From: a virus
Taxonomy: Duplodnaviria; Caudoviricetes
DNA length: 26,459 bases
Direction: 5' to 3' (one strand)
Virus record (IMG/VR): IMGVR_UViG_3300046534_000199
Coordinates: 1 to 26,459 of that record
The position numbers and the translations under genes were made by a program. How positions within the stretch are numbered: position 1 is the stretch's first letter; each line of letters begins with the position of its first letter. A model generated the notes under the pieces. The model saw nothing but the letters and a program-made list of their open reading frames with translations, was not told where the DNA came from and made no database searches. Shown one piece after another: positions 10,401-17,989 of the stretch.

Positions 10401-11147
10401 TGCGTCAGTTGGTGTAAATTGTGCTGTTGCTTCAGTTGCAGTACCTGATGTTGTTTGTACTACTTCAGTTTGCAGAGAAGTATAAGCTACTTGTGCTAGA
10501 ATATTATTTTGGATTAATTGTCCAATCCAATAGTGTGCAACTAATTCAGGACCTCGAGATCCGTCGACTTGTGCAACAGTTTGATCCCAATAATATTTAA
10601 TATTATTATAAGTTTTTTCATTTCCGCCATAACGTAAGTCATTTAAGTACGAGTCAAGTATATAGCCAACATCTCTTTCGCATTTTAGTACACTAGTATT
10701 TGTATAATTATAAAACGTATCCTGTGTAGCATTTGTTACAGAACTTATCCAAGTGTGGGTAGCAGTGTCAGTTGATACTCCAGCATCAACTGTAATATTT
10801 ACATTTGCTGTAACTCCTGTAACTATTAATGCCTTACCGAGGAACGGAACAGCTCCAGCAGAGCTGTTAGTAAATGTTATTCCGCCTGCTGCAATAATAA
10901 TTGCATCACCTATATTTAAATTGTGTGTGCCAATTGTTAATAATAATACTCCAGTAGTAGGAGTGTATACTGCTGCTGTTGGGGTATACTGCTGTGCAGT
11001 AGCAACCCTGTTAGCTATAAATGCACTCATTTCTTTCTGTATGAAAGATTTATTAGAGCTTATTAATCCGTAAGCATTTGGAAAACGACTATCGTTTGCC
11101 CCGATACCAGGTTTAAATACATAATTTTTTATCTGCGTCTTTGCCAT
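4476..11147 (-). CDS. Very large virion structural protein (tail fibre/baseplate-associated), 2223 aa
   Basis: Thr/Gly/Ala/Val-rich beta-type composition, internal repeats, located in a tail gene block. Confidence 0.7.
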   Translation of the reverse strand: MAKTQIKNYVFKPGIGANDSRFPNAYGLISSNKSFIQKEMSAFIANRVATAQQYTPTAAVYTPTTGVLLLTIGTHNLNIGDAIIIAAGGITFTNSSAGAVPFLGKALIVTGVTANVNITVDAGVSTDTATHTWISSVTNATQDTFYNYTNTSVLKCERDVGYILDSYLNDLRYGGNEKTYNNIKYYWDQTVAQVDGSRGPELVAHYWIGQLIQNNILAQVAYTSLQTEVVQTTSGTATEATAQFTPTDATYIPTTGKMTITIGSHTLQVGDEIHIAPAGITFTCALDGNATLHPYPRASGVPNTKGKDPYYYAPITITSVTSTTVTASVGISSDTSLHTFSSAVTNSVTSGPAAKINTLAFNTVDTIQNGLLSLPKLVNEGVGSVKFQGKYSIDEILLITNSTKSEVIYNFTSITTGGVVTISTNSVTEDPDFAKFLQITDGITTIKLNYNTSAHSSTDDIQLFVEQIENGKSVVTTRPYDFGTDAIERPRAANPLSMLDADFEYGLQPTKWAAIATLRGYPSVYEVPGTDTQVVSVVTDASAGTDGIGQSLITVTTVGPHGFTAGTPITIKALEDSVNGAARAEGSFVIVEIPTTSTFTFYAKSKVGTVNPTTLSTTYTQLRQAGFYTGATIGNPTFTVVSNGSSGTITTQLGIATGETIIPFDGGAPEIGSPLTNAAIPTGSQVTSIIDTSAGGGTYLTPIVTDNTAIAGTRVYLEDTTGIVPNLALDKGDGTATYINNVTATYIDVTDAFTAAIVPNKKTYPGIGGTNDTNNGINATFNIALDGNAGRTYTVAVNAAGTLYKIGDRLKLDGITLGGLSVTNDIVITVASVAANGGILTVTHAGVHWDGALSLTGIPGSYTPTGTGARWDLAYTAGSYTSVTQSSGTVVFASPTMSYAGSVGFGAKFAVTKTGTAYTATITTAGQDFVVNETFTILGENLGGVTPGNNATITIDTVGASDAIASISITGVGLDTTDASASFVVADLVEILGSDIGGTSPANDLYIVVDTVDGSGAITGSTATGTPPFVNLSFSTSIIGLGTYAGSSGTSAVFGIAASNGNYAVSITQAGGDYQPTETFVILGTSLGGATPANDLTITIDNVGGTGDITAITATGSGTTTGSNYAVVSANKVGTGATFDIAISGSGYTTSINTGGTFYGAGQVLTVGGVVLSGTSPANNLTINVTAIDAVTTGVITGISSSGTAATAGGPYTAVSPSNMPILGAGATFEINKNFTSYDSVTPSALGTGYALGDRIILPGTAFDGASPANDIVLTVSNINAGTGAIGGTTPNAAIANYGTNLDLISTITMTEATTAPISINQSITFSAIAIIDATFDNAHGLVPGASFITTITSDAAGNNHNLTAGSYIATNIPTVNSLRFQARAVGAIDTSSNVIQGAVYPRPDSFFVHRPFDGGVMLGTGGPQHGAQAIRQSKKYIRYQSGKGIMYTTGALFAPSYDIRSITADGVEVNSLITIVTDDNDHGVQPGGIVRLIGVETPGFNSGEQTAVPPKFDYTVEEVVDERTFKVRAVRRLGATTAVLGFGSQMSVVAWHGATVRSGIFDDQNGIFWEFDGTNVSVNQRTGTRQLAGTIALTVDNNLIVGTNTRFQDQLKAGDRVVIKGMTHVVSHVNSQTGMTVTPDWRGVVNITGAKINLVADKKVKQKDFNLDRLDGTGPSGYDIDIAKMQMIGIQYSWYGAGFIDFMLRGANGNFVFAHRMRNSNINTEAFMRSGNLPVRYEVTNEGPSGKLAAGMTNSQTTLKLFDGSFFPYAGTIYIDNEIITFTGRTDNTLTGLTRGATFTNFQAGANRSYTAAVAATHADRTGVILISQTITPLISHWGSAFITDGGFDSDRGYIFSYAETAVEVTTTKQTAFMIRLAPSVSNALIGDLGTRELLNRAQLLLTGLEVTSETGAGGIVIEGVLNPQNYPTNPNDVGWSGLSGVAQGGQPSFAQIASGGGVTWSTGAAATTANITSVPNITGVINSGQNNWGNNNRYISVSANDFAAVFGERDIGLVLGKPITGSGIPSNTTITDGYIDNSGNYGYFRLSNRANGLSSNTVDAYTIPFNVEGTNRNYGYFTVASFDASAGKIGTTVTGGNNGITVPANTQINSVTLLSYAGTDYYEVTFNNAFTGTLQATSGTLALEFVQPPFAQPGETIFSFIAVPGERSTLDLNDLKELTNTPLGGRGTYPNGPDVLAINVYKVSGSAIDANIIIRWGEAQA
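7280..8825 (-). repeat. About six degenerate ~70-90 aa protein repeats (GxGAxFxI...Y...GxxY...I.GxxLGGxxPANDxxITV)
   Basis: Cores LGGLSVTNDIVITV, LGGVTPGNNATITI, IGGTSPANDLYIVV, LGGATPANDLTITI, LSGTSPANNLTINV, FDGASPANDIVLTV. Boundaries approximate. Confidence 0.8.
10105..10995 (-). repeat. Two copies of a beta-rich domain near the N-terminus of the 2223-aa protein
   Basis: QYTPTAAVYTPTTGVLLLTIGTHNLNIGDAIIIAAGGITFT...THTWISSVTNA versus QFTPTDATYIPTTGKMTITIGSHTLQVGDEIHIAPAGITFT...LHTFSSAVTNS. Boundaries approximate. Confidence 0.8.
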
Positions 11148-11150
11148 GTT

Positions 11151-12032
11151 TTATAATCCAAATGCTATTGATAGTGATAGTGCGGTACTATCTACATATT
11201 GTTTGTTAGTTACAGCACTAGCAGTTGCAGGCAATGCTGCAATCGTAGCTGCTGTAAATATTGCTGTGTTAGGAGTTGTTGCTCCGATTACTGTGTTATT
11301 TATAGTAGTGTTAACTACTGGTAGGGTCGAACCGGTAAGTCCAATAGTGCCTATTGAATTGCCGTCTATCCTCACAAAAATTTTATTTGCTGCTGTAATA
11401 TCTAAGTCAGTAGGAGAGCCAATACTTGTAATACCAAGACCGTCAATATTTAATGATCCGCCGACATATAAGTCACCAGCAATGCCAACGCCGCCAGCAA
11501 CTGTAACTGCGCCAGTTAATGAACTACTTGCAGACGTTGTGTTAGTAACTGCTATACTACCATATAATCCAACTGGATCTAATACTGTTATAGTTCCATA
11601 TATAGTGCCAGCAGCGTTACCGTAATATAATTGATCCGGTGCATCCGAGGCCATATTAAACGTAAGCCTACCAGATGATTTTCCTTGGGCAGCTGACCCA
11701 GTTGATGAATCACTGTGGCGCAACCCTTCGTTATATAAAGTTAGTGTTCCTACAACACTACTAAAAATACTAAACGTAAGTGTACTTAATGTTAGATCAA
11801 TTGATTTAGATGTATTTCTATACATTGTTAGTGCAGGATTGTCAGTGCCGTTACCAACTACAGTTCTAAAGTCTCCATCTACTTCAGTAAACGTAAAGTC
11901 AGCAGCGGCTCCAGCTTCTGCTCCTTCGAGTATAAGTGATTTAGCAGTGATATTTCCTGATGGGTCTACAGCAAAGCTAGGGCTTTCAAACCCGCTTTTA
12001 GATTTTAAGGGTGCATTTACAATCGTCGACAT
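11151..12032 (-). CDS. Virion structural protein (fibre-like) with degenerate cupredoxin-like segment
   Basis: GAVTVAGGVGIAGDLYVGG fibre-shaft motif, C-terminal AVTNKQYVD..ALSLSIAFG; GGAG SD and GATAAATA upstream. Confidence 0.65.
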   Translation of the reverse strand: MSTIVNAPLKSKSGFESPSFAVDPSGNITAKSLILEGAEAGAAADFTFTEVDGDFRTVVGNGTDNPALTMYRNTSKSIDLTLSTLTFSIFSSVVGTLTLYNEGLRHSDSSTGSAAQGKSSGRLTFNMASDAPDQLYYGNAAGTIYGTITVLDPVGLYGSIAVTNTTSASSSLTGAVTVAGGVGIAGDLYVGGSLNIDGLGITSIGSPTDLDITAANKIFVRIDGNSIGTIGLTGSTLPVVNTTINNTVIGATTPNTAIFTAATIAALPATASAVTNKQYVDSTALSLSIAFGL

Positions 12033-12056
12033 ATATTACATTACTCCATCCACTTG

Positions 12057-12064
12057 TATTTATC
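12057..12064 (-). promoter_or_regulatory. T4-like late promoter motif GATAAATA
   Basis: Reverse complement of TATTTATC, about 25 nt upstream of the ATG at 12032. Confidence 0.6.
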
Positions 12065-12075
12065 ACTTAAAATAT

Positions 12076-12825
12076 TTAACGAGTAAGCGTATTTTGGCAA
12101 TGAAAGTACTGTGCAGTGTAAATAACCTTTACGCCATCGTTTCCAGTTATAGGTGTGTTTGCTTGTCCGCCCATGCCATTGTGATAAACACAATAATAGT
12201 GTAAGGTAGGTGTATTTGCAGCAACAACTATCTCAGTATATGCTCCTGCGGTTCCTGCGGTTCCGACTACAGTAACACCTGTAGTGTACTCAGTACCACT
12301 CTCATGAATGCCGTGCGGAGTTACTGAAAATCTTAGTGGGTGGTTACTGTTACTAGAATCTGATTGATCAAATTTATATGTGCTACCTTCTACTAGATTA
12401 AGAGTATCTTGCCGTAGTCCGTCTATAAAGTATTTATTACCCTGCGAAGTACTAACTACCGTAACAACATATGTTGGGGTTACAACCGGTGTTACAGCAG
12501 GACTTACTACAACTTCAACGTAGCTTTTGTTTACAGTAGCAGATACAGCAATCAACTCACGCACTGTATGATTTCTGGCATATACTACTATACTAGCAAC
12601 ATCGTCTGTTGCTGTTACTAATACTTTAATTATTTCTTTGTGTGTTGTATCAAGGTCTGATGATATAGTATATTCAACTGACGACATTTCTCCAACATAA
12701 AATCGATCTAATAATGTATCAGTATATACTTGTTTCCAGGGGCCATTATGACTTGTGCCTGAATTGTTTTTAAATAATACTGTATTTTTTAACCCGTCGG
12801 TTAAATACTTTGTAAGTCGTTGCAT
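12076..12825 (-). CDS. Virion structural protein with an inserted cupredoxin-like domain
   Basis: Segment KYFIDG...LNLVEGSTYKFDQSDSSNSNHPLRFS...LHYYCVYHNGMGG is of a type recurrent in T4-like aquatic phage structural proteins. Confidence 0.6.
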   Translation of the reverse strand: MQRLTKYLTDGLKNTVLFKNNSGTSHNGPWKQVYTDTLLDRFYVGEMSSVEYTISSDLDTTHKEIIKVLVTATDDVASIVVYARNHTVRELIAVSATVNKSYVEVVVSPAVTPVVTPTYVVTVVSTSQGNKYFIDGLRQDTLNLVEGSTYKFDQSDSSNSNHPLRFSVTPHGIHESGTEYTTGVTVVGTAGTAGAYTEIVVAANTPTLHYYCVYHNGMGGQANTPITGNDGVKVIYTAQYFHCQNTLTR

Positions 12826-12846
12826 AGTAAACCCCTATCTTTGTAA

Positions 12847-12854
12847 TATTTATC
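12847..12854 (-). promoter_or_regulatory. T4-like late promoter motif GATAAATA
   Basis: Overlaps the TGA stop of the last operon gene, about 21 nt upstream of the ATG at 12825. Confidence 0.6.
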
Positions 12855-13353
12855 AATTAAGAAGCTTACCTTTCAATATCCAATTTGCACTAACACGCCT
12901 AGGTACTGTGCTAGTTATAGGACAATGGTCAATTCGACAATCAAAAAATAAAGCTGAATTTTCTTTATGTTTATATGTTGCATCTTTAAATTGTGTTCCA
13001 CCGTCAGCATCATTAACATAATATAATAAACTATAATATCCTTCATCATACATATCTTGGTGCCATCCGGTGTTTTGCCCAGCTGTATAAAAGTTAACCA
13101 TGCATCTATGAAGATACTCTAATTGAAATATATCTTTGTTTGCATCTAACCAATAGTCAAGTGCATATATTAGCGTATCAGTTCCATGCCAATTGTTTGT
13201 ATTATTTGTTATGTTAAACGGTTGTGTGAAAAATGCTCCAGCACCATCTTTCCCACCAGAGCTAGGATAATTCCAGTTGACCATAGGATCTAGAAGTTGA
13301 TTATTAACTTTTTTATGTAGCCACTCCGGCAAAAAATTATCAAACTGTTTCAT
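12853..13353 (-). CDS. 2OG-Fe(II) oxygenase (HxD...H type)
   Basis: WHQD, SLLYYVN, DGGTQF, distal H (IDHCP), RRVS; paralog of 16789-17310. Confidence 0.85.
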   Translation of the reverse strand: MKQFDNFLPEWLHKKVNNQLLDPMVNWNYPSSGGKDGAGAFFTQPFNITNNTNNWHGTDTLIYALDYWLDANKDIFQLEYLHRCMVNFYTAGQNTGWHQDMYDEGYYSLLYYVNDADGGTQFKDATYKHKENSALFFDCRIDHCPITSTVPRRVSANWILKGKLLN

Positions 13354-15173
13354 TAGTTATTTACAGTCAATAATTTATTATACTCAGGCAAATACAAATA
13401 CTCTATCTTACTATATGCTAACGTGTGTAGTGCATCAGTTAGTGTTTCAACTAAAGGCTCGCCGCCTAAGTTAAAGCTAGTATTAAAGATAATTGGACAT
13501 CCTGTCTTTTCTTTAAACGCTTTAATAATATCATAGTAATGCGGATTCTGTTCATGTGTAACTGTTTGTATGCGGCAAGTTCCGTCAACATGAATAATAG
13601 CAGGGATCTTTTCAGCAATACCTGGTTGACAATTAACAGCATACATCATATGCGGACTGTCTTCCATACCACGTAAGTCAAACCATTCATGCGCATCTTC
13701 AGCTAGTATACTTCCTGCAAACGGTCTAAAGTATTCTCTACGTTTAATTTCGTTAACAAAGTCTTTTCCATCTTCAAATGTAGGATCAAACATTAAGCTC
13801 CTATTACCTAATGCACGTGGGCCTGCTTCAGAACGACCTTGGAAACATGCAACAATATGTTTGTTAGTCATTAAGTCAATTACACGTTGGTTATCTGCGT
13901 CTTCAATAGTTGCGTTATACTTGTTAGCTGCTTCAGTAATTTCATTGCTGGAATAACTACGTGGAGGACCCATATAAATGTCACGTCCGTTATTCTTTCT
14001 AATATCTTCGGTTAGCATGTAATGGCCAAGTAGTGCGGCGCCAATAGATGTGCCGCCATCATTTGAAATAGGTTCAACAAATAGTTCAATACCTTTGTCA
14101 CGCAAGCGATCTAATAAAAAGTAATTAGCTACACAGTTAAGGGCATAGCCGCCTGAAAATACTACTTGTGTTTTGCCCGACAGTTTAACCGCTTTAAGTA
14201 TAAGATTATACACTTGTTCCTGTGTTTCTTGTTGTGCAGCATATGCAAGATCTCTTCTATTTTGAAGTAAAGAAAGGTCGCCTTGTTGATCATGGTTAGT
14301 ATCTAACTCGGGGTATGCTTTGGCGTTGACTAATGCTCCCCTAGGGTAGAACGAAACAAACATATTTCTATCTGATAGCATAACACCGTCTCCGTGCTCT
14401 ACAAAAAACGGCGGTATATTTTTATTAGGCTCACCATAAGGAAATAATCCCATAGTTTTGCCTGCTTCAATTTCTTGAAAGCCTGCGTATTTTGTTGCTG
14501 CTTCGTATGTTTTAGTAATGCCTGCGGAACCAGAATGAACAGCAATATGAGTTCCTTCTTCTCCTAAGTGTTCGGAGGATGCATTATGATCAATATTTGT
14601 TAATATAGTGTCTTTACATGCACTATGCTTATATAGTGTTTTAAATGTCGAAGGGTAACTACAATCTATAATTGATTCTACTTCCCACATACTCATTTCC
14701 CACATTGAATCAGGACGGTGTTTTGGTTCATAATTGTACTCTATATCTTGTACTGAACCGCAGCCGTCAATGACTAAAGAAACTGCACTGTCAAATCCTG
14801 AACGATAAAACGAACATGCTGAATGTAGTTTGTGATGCTGATGACTAAGATCAATTACTTGAGGATGATTTTGTGGTTCTATACGTTGATCAATTAATCC
14901 TAGCTTCCGGGCCATTCCGGTGTATATGTTATCACCTGTAAATTCAATTTTTCCAGCTGCTTCTATAGACGTAGTATGTGCCATAAACATGTAATCTACT
15001 TTGTCAGTATATTCTAATACCTTTGTCATTGCAGCAAGCGGCGAGCCGTCGTACTTATTTCTACTGAGGCGTTCTTCTTCAATTGAAAATACTATTTCGC
15101 CGTTTTTTACAAGACATACTCCTGCATTGTGGCCTCGAGAAATGCCTAAAATCCAAAAATCTGGTCTACTCAT
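13353..15173 (-). CDS. O-carbamoyltransferase, CmcH/NodU/TobZ family
   Basis: GHN, EEERLSRNK, HHKLH, IDGCG, AGKTMGL.PYG, SGGYALNCVAN, NDGG, EAGPRALGNRS, KRRE.FRPFA, HVDGTCRIQTV, NTSFN. Confidence 0.93.
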   Translation of the reverse strand: MSRPDFWILGISRGHNAGVCLVKNGEIVFSIEEERLSRNKYDGSPLAAMTKVLEYTDKVDYMFMAHTTSIEAAGKIEFTGDNIYTGMARKLGLIDQRIEPQNHPQVIDLSHQHHKLHSACSFYRSGFDSAVSLVIDGCGSVQDIEYNYEPKHRPDSMWEMSMWEVESIIDCSYPSTFKTLYKHSACKDTILTNIDHNASSEHLGEEGTHIAVHSGSAGITKTYEAATKYAGFQEIEAGKTMGLFPYGEPNKNIPPFFVEHGDGVMLSDRNMFVSFYPRGALVNAKAYPELDTNHDQQGDLSLLQNRRDLAYAAQQETQEQVYNLILKAVKLSGKTQVVFSGGYALNCVANYFLLDRLRDKGIELFVEPISNDGGTSIGAALLGHYMLTEDIRKNNGRDIYMGPPRSYSSNEITEAANKYNATIEDADNQRVIDLMTNKHIVACFQGRSEAGPRALGNRSLMFDPTFEDGKDFVNEIKRREYFRPFAGSILAEDAHEWFDLRGMEDSPHMMYAVNCQPGIAEKIPAIIHVDGTCRIQTVTHEQNPHYYDIIKAFKEKTGCPIIFNTSFNLGGEPLVETLTDALHTLAYSKIEYLYLPEYNKLLTVNN

Positions 15174-15191
15174 GTACGTTGTCCTTAATTA

Positions 15192-16148
15192 TCAGTTGTT
15201 TATTATTGCGCTTGCAATTTTCTTTATTTGGTTTTCGGTTAGTGCCATTGCTTGTTCATTTTGCCTGTTAGCATGTTCGTCTGAAGTAATACGTATAGGA
15301 TTATATACCCGTTTGCTTTTATTAAAATCAAAAACTTTAAAATTCTTGTTTTCTGGATACGAAACATTTTCAGGATATGTTGAACCTAATACTACATACG
15401 AAGGTTTATCTATTGCATGTGTAACGTGTTGCCCTACAGAATCACAACCAATAAATGCATCTGCTGCGTCTAGTAAGCCAAACCATTTTCGTAGATCTAT
15501 ATTTTCTACAAAGAATACTTCTTCTTTAACTCCTAACTTTTGAAAGTCTACGTTAAATTCGTTCATTAGTAATACGCAATATCTATGTTCAATTAAGCGT
15601 ATTAGTCGTGCAGCGTCAGCTATTGTAAACGACCTTCCTGAGTTGTCAATAGGTCCACTAGGTGCCTCTATAGCACCTAGTGTGATGCCTTTTCCAAATG
15701 GTTGAAAAATTATCAAAGGTTTGTTATTACGCTTACTTTTCATATCTGTAATAATACTAGTTGCAGTAACCTTTTCTTCATTACTTAAATGTATTGCTAA
15801 ATTTGATAATTCTTTATCTAATGATCCATTAATAATTATATCAAACGCTTGAGAAATAGAACAGTGTTGATTATAATATTCCCATACACCGTACGGCTCA
15901 GGTACTATTAAATTTCGTTGTTGTATTTTATCTTTAAATAAATGCGCATGACCAACTGGATATGATCTAGCATGTAATTCTGGGTGCCCGGAAAATGCTT
16001 CGTATGCAAATTCTGAAAATATTATAAAATCATCTTGCGGATTATTTCTATGATATTTTTCTAATGCAGGAATAGCACAAATAACTCTGCCTATACCTCC
16101 ATTTATATAAAATGCTGTATTTCTTTGATTAACTATTTCTTGTTTCAT
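15192..16148 (-). CDS. GT-B glycosyltransferase, GT9 / ADP-heptose heptosyltransferase-like
   Basis: N-terminal GGIGRVICAIPAL (cf. GT9 xGDxx..xPxl), central IIFQPFG...RSF, C-terminal ADAFIGCDSVGQH (cf. GT9 DSGxxH). Confidence 0.7.
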   Translation of the reverse strand: MKQEIVNQRNTAFYINGGIGRVICAIPALEKYHRNNPQDDFIIFSEFAYEAFSGHPELHARSYPVGHAHLFKDKIQQRNLIVPEPYGVWEYYNQHCSISQAFDIIINGSLDKELSNLAIHLSNEEKVTATSIITDMKSKRNNKPLIIFQPFGKGITLGAIEAPSGPIDNSGRSFTIADAARLIRLIEHRYCVLLMNEFNVDFQKLGVKEEVFFVENIDLRKWFGLLDAADAFIGCDSVGQHVTHAIDKPSYVVLGSTYPENVSYPENKNFKVFDFNKSKRVYNPIRITSDEHANRQNEQAMALTENQIKKIASAIINN

Positions 16149-16792
16149 AAATGTAACTCGTTTAAATTTTCATTTTTTCCAAATAGGCCTTTAACAAATA
16201 CATTAAAGGCTAAGCTTATTCTTGTTTTATCTGATTTATTAGGTGCTACTTCGTGCAGTAGTGTAGAAGGAAAATATATAATACCATTAGTACCAACAGG
16301 AATAGTCCAATTACGTGAGTTAGCTAAGTTATACTCTGAAACATCTATTGCTAGTGTCTCATTAGCAGTAATGTTTGTATTACTATTTGATGAAAACGTT
16401 ATACTATCGGTTTCGTCAGTTTCTATATAATATACTCCGCTAATTATCGAATTAGAATGATTGTGCTTATGGTGTGCAGTTCCAGGTGGATTAATATTCA
16501 ACCACGACTGTGTTAGATAAAAACTATGTTTTTTATCAATACACATTACTTCATTTATATACACATCTAAGCCATCAAGTATTCTTCTTTTTATTTCACT
16601 ATAATGATCTAATTCTAAAATATTATGATTAGCTGAAGAAAAGTTTTGGGCTGTATTTAACGTCATTTCCGTTTGCTCGTTAGTTGTGTCATGTACGTTA
16701 GTATCACTATAGTGCGTATCATATAAAAATACAGGAGTGCCAAACAATAACATAGTATTCGATTGTGCCTTTGTTGGGTTGTATTCTATCAT
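16145..16792 (-). CDS. 2OG-Fe(II) oxygenase, TIGR02466-like (HxH type)
   Basis: SWLNIN, HNHSNSIISGVYY, FPSTLLHEV.PN, RISLAFN. Confidence 0.88.
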   Translation of the reverse strand: MIEYNPTKAQSNTMLLFGTPVFLYDTHYSDTNVHDTTNEQTEMTLNTAQNFSSANHNILELDHYSEIKRRILDGLDVYINEVMCIDKKHSFYLTQSWLNINPPGTAHHKHNHSNSIISGVYYIETDETDSITFSSNSNTNITANETLAIDVSEYNLANSRNWTIPVGTNGIIYFPSTLLHEVAPNKSDKTRISLAFNVFVKGLFGKNENLNELHL

Positions 16793-17310
16793 TGTTTCTT
16801 TTTCCCTCGTAATATCCAGTTTACACTAAGTCTTCTTGGAGATGTATTACGTATTGCTGCATGCCATTCTGTACACTTAAATAACAAAAATCTGTTTTCT
16901 TTGTGTTTAACAGAAGGATGGTCTTTAAACTCAGTGCCGCCGTCGCTGGCATTTACATAATACAATAATGAATACCAATCGTTATCTTTATCTTCGGGTA
17001 TATCTTGGTGCCATCCTGTATTTTGACTAGCTGTATAAAAGTTTATTAAACATCGATCAACATAGCTAAGTTCAAATAAGTTTCTATTATCATAAAGCCA
17101 ACAATCTAACGCATACACTAGCGATCCGCACTGTGAAAAGTCTTGCTTTACGTCATGTTGATATGGTATATGAGCCAACGATGCTTTATTAAGATCAGTA
17201 TCAAGCCCGCCATATCCTGGAAAATGCCAATCTACAGTTGGTAATTCAAGCTCTTGACGACAGCGTTCATGCAGCCATGCTGGTAATGTATCATCACTTA
17301 TTAATATCAT
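16789..17310 (-). CDS. 2OG-Fe(II) oxygenase (HxD...H type); start probably ATG 17310 rather than 17343
   Basis: WHQD, SLLYYVN, DGGTEF, WHAA, RRLS. Alignment with the paralog (MKQFDNFLPEWLH vs MILISDDTLPAWLH) places the start at 17310. Confidence 0.83.
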   Translation of the reverse strand: MILISDDTLPAWLHERCRQELELPTVDWHFPGYGGLDTDLNKASLAHIPYQHDVKQDFSQCGSLVYALDCWLYDNRNLFELSYVDRCLINFYTASQNTGWHQDIPEDKDNDWYSLLYYVNASDGGTEFKDHPSVKHKENRFLLFKCTEWHAAIRNTSPRRLSVNWILRGKKKQ

Positions 17311-17989
17311 TAGTACCATCAATTCTAATATTACCCGATACACTTATTCTATAGTCATCAGAAGTGTAAAACGGATACACACAGTGATGTAATGTTGAAG
17401 GAAACATTAGTATAGTTCCTTCCCAAGACTTATCTACGGGCAATGGTGTAGGACGCAAGCTTCCTAAGGCATCAGTATGAAAAAAGGTAAATTTTGATGT
17501 AGACGCTCCATCAGTGTCGACACCAGGGTCAGAACCTTGCCCTGATACTGGAGGGAAATAAGTTTCTTCTTCTTTTAAATCATATGGAATATTAATCCAT
17601 ATAACAAAGCTTAATACACCTGAATGATGATGTACTGGATTAAACTCATACTTTTTTTGTTTATTAACCCACATACTACTAAGATATAGTCTATATTTTT
17701 TGTTCTTTGCAGCTTCTTCAAAGGTACCAATATGTCCTGGGGTTCCTTCATCCCATTGTTGTGCCATAGCTTCTATAAACGGAGCCATATTAGGCACAAC
17801 ATGATTTAATGAATATTCTTCTTTCATGTGTCCTAATAGATTGTTATTGTATTTCTCACCATTTTCTTCTGTTATCTCACTAATGGCGTTTGATAATCCT
17901 TCAAAAAGGTCAAATGGTAACTTTGATTGCATTACTCCTGGAGTAACGAGAAAGTTCATTGACATTTTAGCTACTTCGTTTTCTGACAT
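17294..17989 (-). CDS. 2OG-Fe(II) oxygenase (phage HxH type)
   Basis: MWVNKQKKYEFNPVHHHSGVLSFVIW, FPSTLHHCVYPFY, RISVSGN. Confidence 0.85.
   Translation of the reverse strand: MSENEVAKMSMNFLVTPGVMQSKLPFDLFEGLSNAISEITEENGEKYNNNLLGHMKEEYSLNHVVPNMAPFIEAMAQQWDEGTPGHIGTFEEAAKNKKYRLYLSSMWVNKQKKYEFNPVHHHSGVLSFVIWINIPYDLKEEETYFPPVSGQGSDPGVDTDGASTSKFTFFHTDALGSLRPTPLPVDKSWEGTILMFPSTLHHCVYPFYTSDDYRISVSGNIRIDGTNDINK

Noticed and set aside
5059-12204. Many + strand ORFs of 60-160 aa opposite the structural genes
   Set aside because: Antisense shadows produced by codon bias; no motifs or ribosome-binding sites noticed.
17311-17343. Listed N-terminal extension MYRVILELMVL of the 184-aa ORF
   Set aside because: Lies deep inside the upstream gene and is absent from the paralog; ATG 17310 fits better.
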